In this document: positions 21,253 through 32,050 of the stretch, one piece after another
Position numbering within the stretch: the first letter of the stretch is position 1
How the letters are laid out: the number at the start of each line of letters is the position of its first letter
Made by a program: the position numbers and the translations under genes
NCBI GenBank assembly: GCA_046292385.1
Contig: JBKBRF010000027.1
Span: forward strand, 1-62,177
Origin: Armatimonadota bacterium
GTDB lineage: Bacteria > Armatimonadota > SYMT01
DNA length: 62,177 nt
Reading direction: 5' to 3'
Notes under the pieces: generated by a model
What the model was told of the DNA's origin: nothing
Database searches by the model: none
Seen by the model: the letters and a program-made list of their open reading frames with translations, nothing else

Positions 21253-21288
21253 GACGCCCCCGGCTTCACAGTGGAGACCGGGGGCGTC
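21253..21288 (-). terminator. Putative intrinsic terminator after the DUF1552 gene
   Basis: gacgcccccgg / ccgggggcgtc stem followed by TTT on the minus strand. Confidence 0.6.
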
Positions 21289-21311
21289 GGAACGGTGCGG
21301 TACGCGAGGAG

Positions 21312-22748
21312 CTAAGTCGCGGGCACGACGCCGCGGTAGGCGGGATCGCTGAGGCCCGGCAACTCCGCGGTGCTGTCGCCGAAGCGCTCCACCGGCGTGC
21401 CGAGCCGGTTCAGCATGCCGACGTAGAGGTTGCAGAGCGGCGTCTTCTTCTCGAACGCGAGGTGGCGGCCGGTCGCCAGGGTGCCGCCACCCCGGCCCGC
21501 CAGCACGATCGGCAGGTTGAACGGGCTGTGGGCGTTTCCGTCCCGCATCCCGCCCGCGAACATCACCATCGAGTTGTCCAGCAGCGTGCCCTCGCCGTCG
21601 CGGATCGACTTCATCCGCTCCACCATGTAGGCGTACTGCTGCAGGTGCCAGACGTTGATGCGGCGGTACTCTTCCATCTTCGCGGCGTCGTTCTCGTGGT
21701 GCGAGATCTGGTGGTGACCGCCGCTGACCCCCTCCAGGAACGAGAAGTTCTTGCCGCTCACCTCGTTGCCGAACATGAAGGTGGAGACGCGGGTGGAGTC
21801 GGTCCAGAACGCCAGCACCATGATGTCGAGCATCAGCCGCACCTGCTCCGTGTGGTCGATGCCGCGCTCGCTCAGCCGGCCCGGATCCCGGTAGTAGTCC
21901 GCGATGCGGCCGCCCAGCTTCTCCACCTCCGCGCGGGCGATCGGATCCGCCTCGTACTCCTGCTTGCGGCGGGTGGCATCGAACTGGATGCGCCGCTCCA
22001 CGGACCGGACCGACTCCAGGTACTCCTCCAGCTTGAGCTGGTCCGCCTTGCCGACCTGGCCACTCAGCCGCTTCGCGTCGTCCTGTACCGCGTCGAGGAT
22101 GGAGCGGTCGTTCATCGTCGCCGAGCCGGCGCCGCCCTGGTTGCGGAAGAGGCGGTCGAAGGCGAGCTGCGGGTTCACCTCGCGCGTCACCGGCGTCGTC
22201 GGCGTGCTCCAGGAGATGTGGGAGCCATAGAGGCGGGTGTAGCCGACGTTCGAGTCGACGCCGGTGGTGACCGGCTCGATGCTGAGCTCCAGCGAGGGCA
22301 GGGGCGTGAGGTTGCCGTGCTGCTGCGCCACGAGCTGGTCCAGGGAGACCGCGCCGCAGCGGAGATCGCTGCCGGTCGTCTTCGTGATCGGGGTGCCGGT
22401 GAGCAGCGGCGCCACCTTCACGTAGTGCCCGTCGCCCGGGATGCTGTTCTTGTTCATCAGCTCCGAGAAGACGAGGAGGTCGGACTTCACCTTCTCCAGC
22501 GGCTGCAGGATCGACGACAGCTCGAACTCGCTCCCGTAGCCTTTCGGCGTCCACTCCTTCGGGTTCACGCCGTTCGGCATGTAGAGCACTGCCAGGCGCA
22601 CCGGGCGCGCGGCCGCGGCCTTTCCGGCCGCTTTCGCCGCGGGGGCCGCGCCGGCCGGCAGCGATTCCAGCAGCGGGAGCAGCATGGTGACGCCCATGCC
22701 CCGGAGCACGGCGCGGCGCGATACGTGGACGGCGTGTCGATCCCTCAT
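21312..22748 (-). CDS. DUF1552 family protein (Tat-exported)
   Basis: SRRAVLRG Tat motif, YMPNG, SLDQLVA, P.LAFDRLF, TDSTRVST, GTLLDNS, GNAH. Confidence 0.9.
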   Translation of the reverse strand: MRDRHAVHVSRRAVLRGMGVTMLLPLLESLPAGAAPAAKAAGKAAAARPVRLAVLYMPNGVNPKEWTPKGYGSEFELSSILQPLEKVKSDLLVFSELMNKNSIPGDGHYVKVAPLLTGTPITKTTGSDLRCGAVSLDQLVAQQHGNLTPLPSLELSIEPVTTGVDSNVGYTRLYGSHISWSTPTTPVTREVNPQLAFDRLFRNQGGAGSATMNDRSILDAVQDDAKRLSGQVGKADQLKLEEYLESVRSVERRIQFDATRRKQEYEADPIARAEVEKLGGRIADYYRDPGRLSERGIDHTEQVRLMLDIMVLAFWTDSTRVSTFMFGNEVSGKNFSFLEGVSGGHHQISHHENDAAKMEEYRRINVWHLQQYAYMVERMKSIRDGEGTLLDNSMVMFAGGMRDGNAHSPFNLPIVLAGRGGGTLATGRHLAFEKKTPLCNLYVGMLNRLGTPVERFGDSTAELPGLSDPAYRGVVPAT

Positions 22749-22759
22749 CTCTTCCTGCC

Positions 22760-24646
22760 TCACAGGTTCTTCCGGTACTGGAACGGGTAGCTCTTCACCA
22801 CTTCGAGCACCAGGGTGGAGCTGCGGTAGTCGTCCTGCTTTACCGCGTCCGTAATCCGGCGCACCGTGGGAATGTCGTACGGCTCCAGGCCGCGTCCCAA
22901 CGCGTAGGACAGCATCTTCTCGGTCAGGTTGCGCAAGAAGTCGTCCTTGCGCTGCAGCACGAGCTGCTTCAGCTCCACCGGTCCCGTGAACGGCTCCCCG
23001 GTGGAAAGCACTCCGGACGCGTCGACCGGCTCCCCGCCCAGGTCGTCGCGCCAGCGGCCGACGGCGTCGAAGTTTTCCAGCCCGAAGCCGATCGGGTCCA
23101 TCCGGATGTGGCAGGAGGCGCACTCCGGCTTCTCCCGGTGCTTCGCCAACCGCTCCCGGAACGTAAGCCCCTCGCGGCGCCGGTCATCGGCCGGGAGGCC
23201 GCCGGCGTCCGGAGGCGGCGGCGGGATCTCCGCCCCGAACACCTCTTCCAGCACCCACTTGCCGCGCAGCACCGGGCTGGTCCGCTGCGCGAAGGAGGTC
23301 ACGGTGAGCACGCTCGCCATCGTGATCACGCCGCCGCGCCGCCGGTCCGGCAGGCTGACCCGCCGGAATTCGGGGCCGGTGACACCGGGGATGCCGTAGT
23401 GCCGGGCCAGCTCCTCGTTGACGTAGGTGTAGTCGGCGTCGAGCAGCCGCAGCAGGCTGGCGTCTTCCTGCAGCACCGAGTGGAAGAACTCGGTCGTCTC
23501 CGCGTACATCGCGTCCCGCAGCGAGTCGTTGTAAGTCGGGAAGCGCCGCGGATCGGGCTGGGCCGAGGTGAACAGCTCCCGCACGCGCAGCCACTGCCCG
23601 GCGAAGCTCTCGGAGAGCTCCTTCGCCTTCGGGTCCCGCAGCATCCGACGGACCTGCGCCTCCAGCACCTTCGGGTCGCGCAGCTTCTTCTGCCCCGCCA
23701 GCCGGAGCAGCGTGTCGTCCGGCATGGAGCTCCAGAGGAAGTACGAGAGGCGGCTTGCCAGCTCGAACTCGCCGACCTGGTAGGCTTCGGCGGTCGGCTG
23801 GTCCTTCTCCACGCGGAAGAGGAAGTGCGGCGACACCAGCACCGCCTTGAGGGCGAAGCGGACCGAATTCTCCCACGAGTCGCCGCGCTTTGCCGCCTGG
23901 TCGAACAGCGCCATCAGGCGGTCGACCTCCGGCCCCGTCACCGGGCGCCGGTAGGCGCCGAACGAGAAGTGCGCCAGGATCTTGCGGGCCGCCGTCTTCG
24001 CGTCGACGCCCTTGCCGGGCCGGATGAAGAAGAGGCGGTCGGGCGGCGCCTCGCTCAGGACCTCCCCGGCGGCGACGAGATACCGCTCCATCAGGATCGG
24101 CGGGATGAAGAGGGTAGCCGCGTTGTTGTCGAACCCCTCGCCGCCGCCCCCGTCCGCGGGGAAGCGGTCCGCCGGGCGCGACGTGACGCCGAACAGGTCC
24201 CGGACCGTGTTGTTGTATTCCGCGCGGGAGAGCCGGTGGATCAGCACCCGGCCCGGGTCCGGCGGGATCAGCGCCGGGTCGACGTTATCGAGCGCGTGGG
24301 CCAGCCAGGCGCTCAGCCGCTCCCGTTCCTCGATGGCCGGCTGCGGCGTGCCCCGCGGCGGCATGCTGCGCTCGCGGATCTGCTCCAGCACCTTGCGCCA
24401 GGTCTCCTGGTCCTTCTGAACCGAGGCGAGGTCCGGGTACTTCGAGAGATCGATCCCCCCGCGCGGGTTCTTCTCGCCGTGGCAGGCGCCGCAGTACTTG
24501 GCAATGAACGGCTGGGCCGTCTGGGTGTAGGTCGCCTGGTCCGCCGCCGGATCGACGGCCACCGCCATCCGCGCCAGGCCGGCGCCGTAGAGCAGTCCGG
24601 GCGCCAGGACGAGCAGCCAGGTTCGGCGGTTGCGAGCTTGAAGCAT
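22760..24646 (-). CDS. c-type cytochrome / DUF1587-DUF1595-DUF1592-DUF1588-DUF1585 protein
   Basis: CGACH and CASCH haem motifs, RLSRAEYNNTVRDL, LASRLSYFLWSSMPD, TSPVLRGKW, DPIGFGLENFD. Confidence 0.9.
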   Translation of the reverse strand: MLQARNRRTWLLVLAPGLLYGAGLARMAVAVDPAADQATYTQTAQPFIAKYCGACHGEKNPRGGIDLSKYPDLASVQKDQETWRKVLEQIRERSMPPRGTPQPAIEERERLSAWLAHALDNVDPALIPPDPGRVLIHRLSRAEYNNTVRDLFGVTSRPADRFPADGGGGEGFDNNAATLFIPPILMERYLVAAGEVLSEAPPDRLFFIRPGKGVDAKTAARKILAHFSFGAYRRPVTGPEVDRLMALFDQAAKRGDSWENSVRFALKAVLVSPHFLFRVEKDQPTAEAYQVGEFELASRLSYFLWSSMPDDTLLRLAGQKKLRDPKVLEAQVRRMLRDPKAKELSESFAGQWLRVRELFTSAQPDPRRFPTYNDSLRDAMYAETTEFFHSVLQEDASLLRLLDADYTYVNEELARHYGIPGVTGPEFRRVSLPDRRRGGVITMASVLTVTSFAQRTSPVLRGKWVLEEVFGAEIPPPPPDAGGLPADDRRREGLTFRERLAKHREKPECASCHIRMDPIGFGLENFDAVGRWRDDLGGEPVDASGVLSTGEPFTGPVELKQLVLQRKDDFLRNLTEKMLSYALGRGLEPYDIPTVRRITDAVKQDDYRSSTLVLEVVKSYPFQYRKNL

Positions 24647-24769
24647 CTTGGAAATCGAGGACGGAGGAGACGGCGCGGATACGCCTGCCGGGTGTGACCC
24701 GGTGACTACCTCCATGTTACGCGTAGGAAGCAGGCAGCGGGGTTGGGCTTTTCTAGGCTGGGGTCCCGA

Positions 24770-27700
24770 TCAGCGACCGTCCGCCCAGAGAGCGCCGTTC
24801 CGGATGACCAGCTCGCCAGCCTGGAGCAGCGTCTCGAGCACCTCTTCCACCCGGCTGGACGCCTTCTCGTTCGCCACGCGGAAGCCGAGGAGGTGGAGCG
24901 TCCGGCGGGCGCACTCCGAGGCCTCGATTCCGTAGGCGTTCCGGATCACCTGCCGGAGCGCGGCGGCGAGCTCCACCTCCGGCACGTACTCGATGCGCCG
25001 CTCGGCGGAAGGCAGGTCGGACCGATCCCGCGGCTCCACTTCTCCGGAGTGCGACGCCGCCACCCACGCGTCGCCGCGCTGTCGAAGCTCTGTCTCCTCT
25101 TCCAGCAGCGCTTCCAACCGCTCGCGGACCTGCCGTCCCACGCGGGCGTAGCCGGCCGCGACGCGCAGGCGCTGCAGGAGCAGCTCGTGGTGGATCGGAC
25201 CCTCGACCTCCACCACCTGCCGGGCGTAGAGGCGGAGGTCGGTTCCGGGGACGAACGGCGGCGCCACCTGGTACGGGGCAGCGGCGTCCGCGGCTTCCGT
25301 GCGGCGCTCCTCGGTGATCTCCACCCGTGGTGGCTCCGGTGCGGGTGGGGGAGAGATCGCCTCCTCCGCGGCGGCTGCTGCCACGGCGGCGCGCGCCAGC
25401 TCGATCGCCTCCCGCAGGCGGGCCGTCTCGCCGGGGCGGTCGCGCCACCAGTCGGTCGACCAGATCCGGTGCAGCCGCCAGCCGCGCGCCTCCAGCACCC
25501 GCTGGCGGAGCTTGTCCCGGTCGCGCGCGCTGCGGGCGGAGTGGTAGGTCGCGCCGTCGCACTCGATCCCGAGCAGGTAGCGGCCGGGCGCCTCCGGATC
25601 CCGCACGGCGAGGTCGATCCGGTAGCCCTCGGAGCCGACTTGCGGCTCGACCTCGTACCCGAGCGACCGCAACTCCGCCAGCACCTCTTCCTCAAACGGC
25701 GACTCCGGCTCCTCGCCGGTGGAGACGGGGGCGGAGAGGACCCCGTTCTGGGCGAACCGGAGGTAGCTCTGGAAGGCGGCGAGGCCGGGGCGTCCCGCCT
25801 CCACGCGCAGGTCGTCCCCCGTCAGGTTGCTGAACACCTCGCAGCGGAGGCGGGCGCGGGTGATCAGCACGTTCAGCCGCCGCTCGCCTCCGTCGCGGAG
25901 CAGCGGCCCGAACTGCTGCCGGATCACGCCGGCCGAGTCGCGGCCGTAGGTGACGCTGACGAAGACGACGTCCCGCTCGTCGCCCTGGACGTTCTCCAGG
26001 TTCTTCACGTCGAGCGGCTCGTGCGGGTGCCGCTCCCGGAAGCGCGCGAACGGCTCCGGCTCCTGCTGCTCCCGGATCTGGAGCAGCTCGTAGATCAGGT
26101 CCGCCTGCGGCTTGTTCATCGCCGCGATCATCAGGCTCTCGGCGGGATGCTCGCGCAGGTGCTTTAACACCGCCTCGACGACTCGCTGTGCCTCCAGCCG
26201 GTTCACCCGCTTGCGCGCGCCCGCCTCGTAGACCGTCTCCGGGAGGTGGTGGAAGACGACGCCGACCCGCCGCCCGCGCGTGACGGTGGAGGCGCTGGGG
26301 AAGACGACCAGCCGGCTGTCGTAGAACATCTCGTTCGAAGGCTGGATCAGCGCCGGGTGGAGGCTGCGATAGTGCCAGCGGAGGTCCGGGCGCCGCACGC
26401 GGCCCACCGCCACGGCGCTCATCATGCTCAGGATGCTCTCCATCTTGCGAGCTTCCACGCCGAGCTGCTCCGCCTCGTCCAGGTCGTCCGTGTCCAGGTC
26501 CCCGTCGTCGACCACCCGGTCGAAGAAGCTGGTCGGCGGCATCTGCCGGGTGTCTCCCACCACGATCGTCTGCTTCGCCCGGAGGATGGCGCAGAGGGCG
26601 TCTTCCGGCCGCACCTGGGACGCCTCGTCGAAGATCACCAGGTCGAACGGCGGCGCCTCCGGCGGCAGGTGGACCGCGGCGCTGAGCGGGCTCATCATGA
26701 AGACCGGCTTCAGGTGCATCACCGCCTCGCCGGCCCGCGCCATGATCCAGCGGATCGGCTTGTGGCGGCGCTGCAGCTCGCACTGCTGGCGCAGGATCAG
26801 CAGGTTTCCGGCCGCCGCGGAGAACGAGGGCAGCCGCCGCTGGTGCGCCAGCCGCACCCGGGCCCGGTTGTAGGCGAGCTTGAACTCGTCGAGTTTCCGG
26901 AACTCCGCGACCGCTGCCTCGTGGCCGGTACGGTCGAAGCTCCGCAGGGCGGGCCGCTCCGCCATCGCGGTCCGGACGACGCCCTCGTAGTAGCTGCGCA
27001 GGTAGCCGGTCGAGAGCCGGTCTGCCGCCCCGGCCCAGCCGCTCGCGACCTCCACCACCGCGTCGAGGCCCTGCTCCACCGCCTGCCGCCGGACGTTTGC
27101 GTGCTGGATGTACGCCTGAAGCTGCCCGAGCCCATCCCGCCAGCGGTGGAGCCGGTCGAGGGCGGCGCCGATCGGCTCCCGCTCGGGCTCGGCGGGATAG
27201 CGCAGGTGCCCGGCGGCGACCTCATACGCCTGCCGTGCCCGCGCCGCCGCCTGCTCCGCGGCCTCCACCTTGCCCAGCAGGTCCGGATCTTCTACCCGGC
27301 CCGCGAAGAAGTCGAGCAGCCCTTCCGGCACGACGGTCTGCTCCACCTCGGCGTGCAGCCGCAGGACCCAGTCGAGGAGTCGCTCCAGCAGCTCCGGATC
27401 CGACTCGACGCCCCGCCACTGCACGCCGAAGAGGCGGCCCATGGCCGCATCGGCTTCCGCCAGCGCGGCGGTGAGGCGGCGCGCCTCCACCAGCTCCCGC
27501 AGCAGCTCTCGCTGGGCAGGCGCATCGCTCGGAGCACCGGCCGCCAGCACCTTGGTAAGTGCCGCCCGTGCCCGGCGGAAGTCGCCGGAGAAGAAGCGAT
27601 ACCAGCGCTCGGCCAGCCGCTCGTAGGCGTCGAGCTGCGGCGACCAGTCGAGCTCCCAGGCAGACGGCGCCACCTGGGCCTCCCGGCTCGACCGGATCTC

Positions 27701-29497
27701 CCGCCGGCGCCGGAGACGGGAGATCGCCTCGCGCACCCGCGGCTCTTCGTCGGACCAGGTGCGGAGCCGCACCGCTACGCCGTCGAGGCCCGGGGCACTC
27801 AGGGCTCGCTCCACGCAGGCGCGCAGCACCCGCACCTCGCCGAAGGTCTCCGGAGCGGGGACGCGCAGCGCCTCCGCCGCGCGGCCGACTGCCTCCCGCG
27901 CCCGCTCGCAGGCGTCGATTGCCGTGCCGAGGTCCTCCCGAAGATCGAGCTGCAGGCCGGGATCCAGGTAGTCGAGCTCCGCGCCCCAGAACGGATGCTC
28001 CCGCGGCACGCCTACCTCTTGGAGCCGGGTTTGCAGCGCCTCGACCAGCGGCAGCCGCTTCCGCATCTCGGACTCGGTCCACTGCTGGAGGCGGGCGAAG
28101 TCGATCCGCCCCGGCCGGTCTTCCGCCGTCTCCGCCGGCAGCGCGGCGAGCCGGGCCATCGCGTGGAACGGGGTGCAGCCGAACCGCGGCAGCGGCTCGT
28201 TCACCGCGGCGGCGTGCGCGTTCAGCCGCTCCCGCAGCTCCGTCAGCCGCTCCACGCGCTCCTGCTCGTCCCGCACGTTCAGCGAGAGCTCGCCCGTCCG
28301 CTTCAGCTCCGCGTAGAACTCGCGGCGGTTGGTCAGCTTGTCGTGGAGGTCGAGGCACATCGCCCCGAGCCCCGCCTCTTCCAGCCGCCGCTTCACCACC
28401 TCCAGCGCCGCCCGCTTGGCGGAGACGAAGAGTACCTTCTTGTCCGCCTCCACCGCCTCCGCGATGATGTTGGTGATCGTCTGCGACTTCCCGGTGCCGG
28501 GCGGGCCCTCGACCACGATCGAGAGGCCCTCGGCGGCGCGGATCATCGCCAGGGTCTGGGAGCTGTCGGCGTCGTAGACTTCGTGGCACTCCGGGACCGG
28601 GCGGATCGGGTCCAGGAAGGTGCGGTCGTCGACCGGCGACTCGGGCGTCTCGTAGCCGCGGCCGAGCAGCGCCACCAGCTCCGGGTGCTCCCAAGGCTTG
28701 CGCCCGTCCGGCCACGCCTCGCCGCCCAGGTCGACGTACATCACGTACTTCTCGTAGTTGAAGAAGCCGAGATAGACCTCGTCCGCCAGCAGCGCCCAGT
28801 CTCCGCGGGAGCGGATGGTGGAGCGGACCATGTCGAAGTAGGTCGCGACGTCGTGGTCGTCGCTGTAGACCGGAAGCTGGAGGTTGTACTCCTGGAGCTT
28901 GGCGCGGAGGGGGAGGTTATCGCCGACGTCGCCGCCGGCGTGGGCCAGCCGCAGGGTGCCGTTCGACTGCCGCTCCAGCACCACCGGCACGAAGAGCAGC
29001 GGCGCGCGGTAGGCGCGGTCCGCCCCCGGCTCGCGCCACTCCAGCATCCCGAGCGTGAGGAACAGGGTATCGATCCCCAGCTCTTCGCTCGCCAGGTTCG
29101 CCTCGCGCTGGATCGTCCGCAGCTTCGCCTGGAGCAACGACTCCGGCTCATCCGTGTTCAGCTTCGAATCGCTCTGGCTGACGGTGGCGTACGGCACCTC
29201 CAGGTAGGCGTTCAGCTCGTCGATCGCCTCCTGCCGCGCCTGCTCTTCGGCGACGGGATCGTCGTAGAGCCGGTGCGTCGATTCCGCGGCCGGGCGCTTC
29301 GGCGGGTCGGGCCGGCCGGTGAAGCTCATCTTCCGGCCGTTTTCCACCAGGATGCGGTGGACCTGGGTCGCGTCCTCACCCGTGACCGTGACGCCCAGGC
29401 GAGTGGACGGCCGGAAGTTCAGCATCCGGTTGCGGAGGGTCAGCTCCAGCAGCTTCTGTCGCAGCGCTTCCACCTGGGGCCGGACCGACTGCACCAT
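24770..29497 (-). CDS. DUF4011 - SF1 helicase - Vsr-like (MTES_1575-type) nuclease - DUF3320 protein (Hhe-like antiphage gene)
   Basis: LLELTLRNRMLNF, GPPGTGKSQT, FDEASQ, GDTRQMPP, HYRS, QGDERD, RLNVLITRAR, ESPFEEEV..YRIDLAV..IECDGATYH..RIWSTDW, VEVEGPIH. Confidence 0.9.
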   Translation of the reverse strand: MVQSVRPQVEALRQKLLELTLRNRMLNFRPSTRLGVTVTGEDATQVHRILVENGRKMSFTGRPDPPKRPAAESTHRLYDDPVAEEQARQEAIDELNAYLEVPYATVSQSDSKLNTDEPESLLQAKLRTIQREANLASEELGIDTLFLTLGMLEWREPGADRAYRAPLLFVPVVLERQSNGTLRLAHAGGDVGDNLPLRAKLQEYNLQLPVYSDDHDVATYFDMVRSTIRSRGDWALLADEVYLGFFNYEKYVMYVDLGGEAWPDGRKPWEHPELVALLGRGYETPESPVDDRTFLDPIRPVPECHEVYDADSSQTLAMIRAAEGLSIVVEGPPGTGKSQTITNIIAEAVEADKKVLFVSAKRAALEVVKRRLEEAGLGAMCLDLHDKLTNRREFYAELKRTGELSLNVRDEQERVERLTELRERLNAHAAAVNEPLPRFGCTPFHAMARLAALPAETAEDRPGRIDFARLQQWTESEMRKRLPLVEALQTRLQEVGVPREHPFWGAELDYLDPGLQLDLREDLGTAIDACERAREAVGRAAEALRVPAPETFGEVRVLRACVERALSAPGLDGVAVRLRTWSDEEPRVREAISRLRRRREIRSSREAQVAPSAWELDWSPQLDAYERLAERWYRFFSGDFRRARAALTKVLAAGAPSDAPAQRELLRELVEARRLTAALAEADAAMGRLFGVQWRGVESDPELLERLLDWVLRLHAEVEQTVVPEGLLDFFAGRVEDPDLLGKVEAAEQAAARARQAYEVAAGHLRYPAEPEREPIGAALDRLHRWRDGLGQLQAYIQHANVRRQAVEQGLDAVVEVASGWAGAADRLSTGYLRSYYEGVVRTAMAERPALRSFDRTGHEAAVAEFRKLDEFKLAYNRARVRLAHQRRLPSFSAAAGNLLILRQQCELQRRHKPIRWIMARAGEAVMHLKPVFMMSPLSAAVHLPPEAPPFDLVIFDEASQVRPEDALCAILRAKQTIVVGDTRQMPPTSFFDRVVDDGDLDTDDLDEAEQLGVEARKMESILSMMSAVAVGRVRRPDLRWHYRSLHPALIQPSNEMFYDSRLVVFPSASTVTRGRRVGVVFHHLPETVYEAGARKRVNRLEAQRVVEAVLKHLREHPAESLMIAAMNKPQADLIYELLQIREQQEPEPFARFRERHPHEPLDVKNLENVQGDERDVVFVSVTYGRDSAGVIRQQFGPLLRDGGERRLNVLITRARLRCEVFSNLTGDDLRVEAGRPGLAAFQSYLRFAQNGVLSAPVSTGEEPESPFEEEVLAELRSLGYEVEPQVGSEGYRIDLAVRDPEAPGRYLLGIECDGATYHSARSARDRDKLRQRVLEARGWRLHRIWSTDWWRDRPGETARLREAIELARAAVAAAAAEEAISPPPAPEPPRVEITEERRTEAADAAAPYQVAPPFVPGTDLRLYARQVVEVEGPIHHELLLQRLRVAAGYARVGRQVRERLEALLEEETELRQRGDAWVAASHSGEVEPRDRSDLPSAERRIEYVPEVELAAALRQVIRNAYGIEASECARRTLHLLGFRVANEKASSRVEEVLETLLQAGELVIRNGALWADGR

Positions 29498-29643
29498 CTA
29501 CCTCTCCCTCGGGGCAATCGGACCACCTCGCCCGATCCTGCCATTCGCTTAGGTTGGGCAGTGGACGACCTCTGGCCTCCCAGGTGGTTTCCGTCTCGGC
29601 CCATGGGCTTGGGCATCGGCGGAGACGGCTGCTTCTCGTGCGG

Positions 29644-29680
29644 CCTCACCCCCGGCCCCTCTCCCGCGGGGAGAGGGGAG
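29644..29680. repeat. REP-like palindrome CCTCACCCCCGGCCCCTCTCCC...GGGAGAGGGG
   Basis: cccctctccc/gggagagggg hairpin preceded by cctcacccc, a widespread REP pattern. Confidence 0.7.
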
Positions 29681-29738
29681 CTATGGATGTGAAGCTTCCC
29701 TTCTCCCGGGTTCGGGGAGGCGCACAGCCTTCGCGGGT

Positions 29739-31136
29739 TTAGCCCAGCCGGTTGTAGCCGTTGAGCGCCGCCACCCGGTAGGCCTCCGCCATCGTCGGGT
29801 AGTTGAAGGTGGTGTTCATGAAGTAGAGGAGCGTGTTCGCCTCGCCCCTCTGCGCCATGATCGCCTGGCCGATGTGGATGATCTCCGAGGCGTTGGCGCC
29901 GAAGCAGTGGATGCCGAGGAGCTCCAGCGTCTCCCGGTGGAAGAGCAGCTTGAGCATTCCGACCGTCTGCCCGGTGATCTGGGCGCGCGCCAGGTGCTTG
30001 AAGAGCGCGTGTCCGATCTCGTAGGGGATCTTCTTCTCCGTCAGCTCCCGCTCCGTGGCGCCGAGGGAGCTGATCTCCGGGCTGGTGTAGATGCCGGTCG
30101 GGATGCCCTCGGTGCGGTTCGTGCCGGTGCGCTCGCACGCCAGGTGAAGCGCGGCGAAGCGGCCCTGGGTGTAGGCGGCGCTGGCGAGGGCGGGCGGGCC
30201 GATGATGTCGCCCACCGCGTAGATGTGCGGCTGCTCCGTTTGGTAGTTCTCGTTGACCCGGATCTGGCCGCGGTGGTCCGGGTGGATGCCGATGTCGTCC
30301 AGCTCCATGTTGTCGGAGTTGCCGGTGCGGCCGTTGGCCCAGAGCAGCGCGGCCGACTTGATCTGCTTGCCGGACTTCAGGTGCAGCACCACGCCGTCGT
30401 CCTGCGGCTCCACGCGCGCGTACTCCTCGCTGTTGCGGATCAACACGCCGAGGTCGCGCATGTGGTAGCTCAGGGCATCGCTGATCTCGTCGTCGAGGAA
30501 CTCCAGCAAGCGCGCGCGGGTGTTGACCAGGTTCACCTTCACCCCGAGGTTGCGGAAGATAGACGTGTACTCGCAGCCGACCACCCCGGCGCCGTAGACC
30601 GTCAGGGAGCGGGGCGTCTCCTCCAGGTCGAGAATCGTGTCGCTGTCGTAGACGCGCGGGTGGGAGAAGTCGACGTCATCTGGCCGGTAGGGGCGGGAGC
30701 CCATGGCGAGGCAGAAGTGGTTGGCGGTGACGCACTGGCGGGCGCCGGTCGGCTCCTCCACCTCCACGGTGTGCGGATCGACGAAGCGGCCGTGACCGTA
30801 GACGACCGGGATGCGGTTCCGCTCGTAAAAGCCCTGCCGCATGTCGACCTGCCGCTCGATCACGGCATCGGCCGAGTGCCGCAGCTCCGGGAAGGAGACG
30901 ACGGGCGGCACGCCCGCCTCCCGCATCAGGGGGTTGTGGCGCAGCTCCGCCAGCCGGGAGATGGAGTAGCGCAGCGCCTTGCTCGGAATGGTCGCCCAGT
31001 GGGTGCAGCCACCGCCGATCTTCTGGAAGCGCTCCACCACCGCCACCGAGAGCCCCTGCTTGGCGGCCTGCATCGCAAACCCCTCGCCGCCGGGGCCCGT
31101 CCCGATCACCACCACGTCGTAGTCCCGCTCCGCCAT
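29739..31136 (-). CDS. sthA: Soluble (Si-specific) pyridine nucleotide transhydrogenase
   Basis: [24 protein letters not shown] (CxxxxT instead of CxxxxC), [30 protein letters not shown]. Confidence 0.93.
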   Translation of the reverse strand: MAERDYDVVVIGTGPGGEGFAMQAAKQGLSVAVVERFQKIGGGCTHWATIPSKALRYSISRLAELRHNPLMREAGVPPVVSFPELRHSADAVIERQVDMRQGFYERNRIPVVYGHGRFVDPHTVEVEEPTGARQCVTANHFCLAMGSRPYRPDDVDFSHPRVYDSDTILDLEETPRSLTVYGAGVVGCEYTSIFRNLGVKVNLVNTRARLLEFLDDEISDALSYHMRDLGVLIRNSEEYARVEPQDDGVVLHLKSGKQIKSAALLWANGRTGNSDNMELDDIGIHPDHRGQIRVNENYQTEQPHIYAVGDIIGPPALASAAYTQGRFAALHLACERTGTNRTEGIPTGIYTSPEISSLGATERELTEKKIPYEIGHALFKHLARAQITGQTVGMLKLLFHRETLELLGIHCFGANASEIIHIGQAIMAQRGEANTLLYFMNTTFNYPTMAEAYRVAALNGYNRLG

Positions 31137-31231
31137 CTGTCCTCCGCTCGAGTCTTAACGGCCGCGCCGAGGGAAGTCTACCCCAAGCAGGCAGCGAGCG
31201 GGGGCTGGAAGGCGCGTCGCGTTCTCGCCGT

Positions 31232-31558
31232 TCAGCGGGTGGAGAGGAGGCGCTTCGGGGCGCGGCGGCGCCAGGCTTCGTCGAGCAGCTCCCGCACCCG
31301 GTCGGAGCCGGCGCGCGGCAGGTTCACCCGCACGCCCAGCAGCTTCTTGCCCCACCAGAGCTCCTCGAAGGCGCTGGAATCCTCCGCCACCGCGGCGCGG
31401 GTCTCCCCCTCGTCGACGAAGACGTGCAGGTGCTCCCCGTCCGGCGGCACCGTGGCGATGATGCGTCCACCCACCCGGAACGACCCCCAGGTGAAGTGCG
31501 GCGCCTCCACCACCTCCGGGAGGGAGAGGGCGTAGTCTCGGGCTTCGTCGATCGTCAT
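31232..31558 (-). CDS. MmcQ/YjbR family protein
   Basis: ALSLPEVVEAPH..SFRVGGRIIAT; RELLDEAWR.RAPK. Confidence 0.8.
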   Translation of the reverse strand: MTIDEARDYALSLPEVVEAPHFTWGSFRVGGRIIATVPPDGEHLHVFVDEGETRAAVAEDSSAFEELWWGKKLLGVRVNLPRAGSDRVRELLDEAWRRRAPKRLLSTR

Positions 31559-31929
31559 CCGCGTGAGAAGTAGAATTCGACTCTGGAGAGCCGCCGGTTT
31601 CCATCGAAGTAGATCAGTGTCAGATGGTCGATTCCGGCGACTCGGTAAGCCAGTACCGGGCCCTCCAACCGACCTGGCAGCCGGCTCAGGTGAGGCGATC
31701 CCGGCGGGAAGAGCCGACGAACCATTTCAGCCGAAGTGCACCTCCGCGTTGGCTCGGGGATTCTCTCTTCGACTTCCCGGATCGCAGTCCCGCGCCGTAG
31801 TCCCGCCGCGCGGGCTACGAGTTGGGTGTGTCGGTGCGACTGGTACAGCTTGAAGCTGGTCATCACCAACAGACCGAGCATCGCGGTACTCAGAACCAGG
31901 ATGCCGGTGCGCCGATTGTCGAGTGTCAT
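31555..31929 (-). CDS. Hypothetical single-TM protein
   Basis: ATGA coupling with the downstream gene; TM helix; C-terminal YFDGNRRL. Confidence 0.55.
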   Translation of the reverse strand: MTLDNRRTGILVLSTAMLGLLVMTSFKLYQSHRHTQLVARAAGLRRGTAIREVEERIPEPTRRCTSAEMVRRLFPPGSPHLSRLPGRLEGPVLAYRVAGIDHLTLIYFDGNRRLSRVEFYFSRG

Positions 31930-32050
31930 CAGTCCGAACCCGCCGATGCCATTTTCGCGCTAGCCTCCATGGACTCGGAATGCCTGCGCTGGGCGATCGG
32001 TTGGAACCGTCTCGCGGCCGCAACTTCACTGCCATTGAAGGGCCGCGCAA

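Noticed and set aside
26246..29692. Very long antisense or alternative-frame ORFs (e.g. 1148 aa here, 46245-48686, 34543-36756, 43116-44951)
   Set aside because: Shadow ORFs of high-GC genes; no motifs, and they overlap well-supported genes on the other strand
29739..31136. Dihydrolipoamide dehydrogenase partner for the E2 gene
   Set aside because: The redox motif is CxxxxT and the C-terminus is SthA-specific
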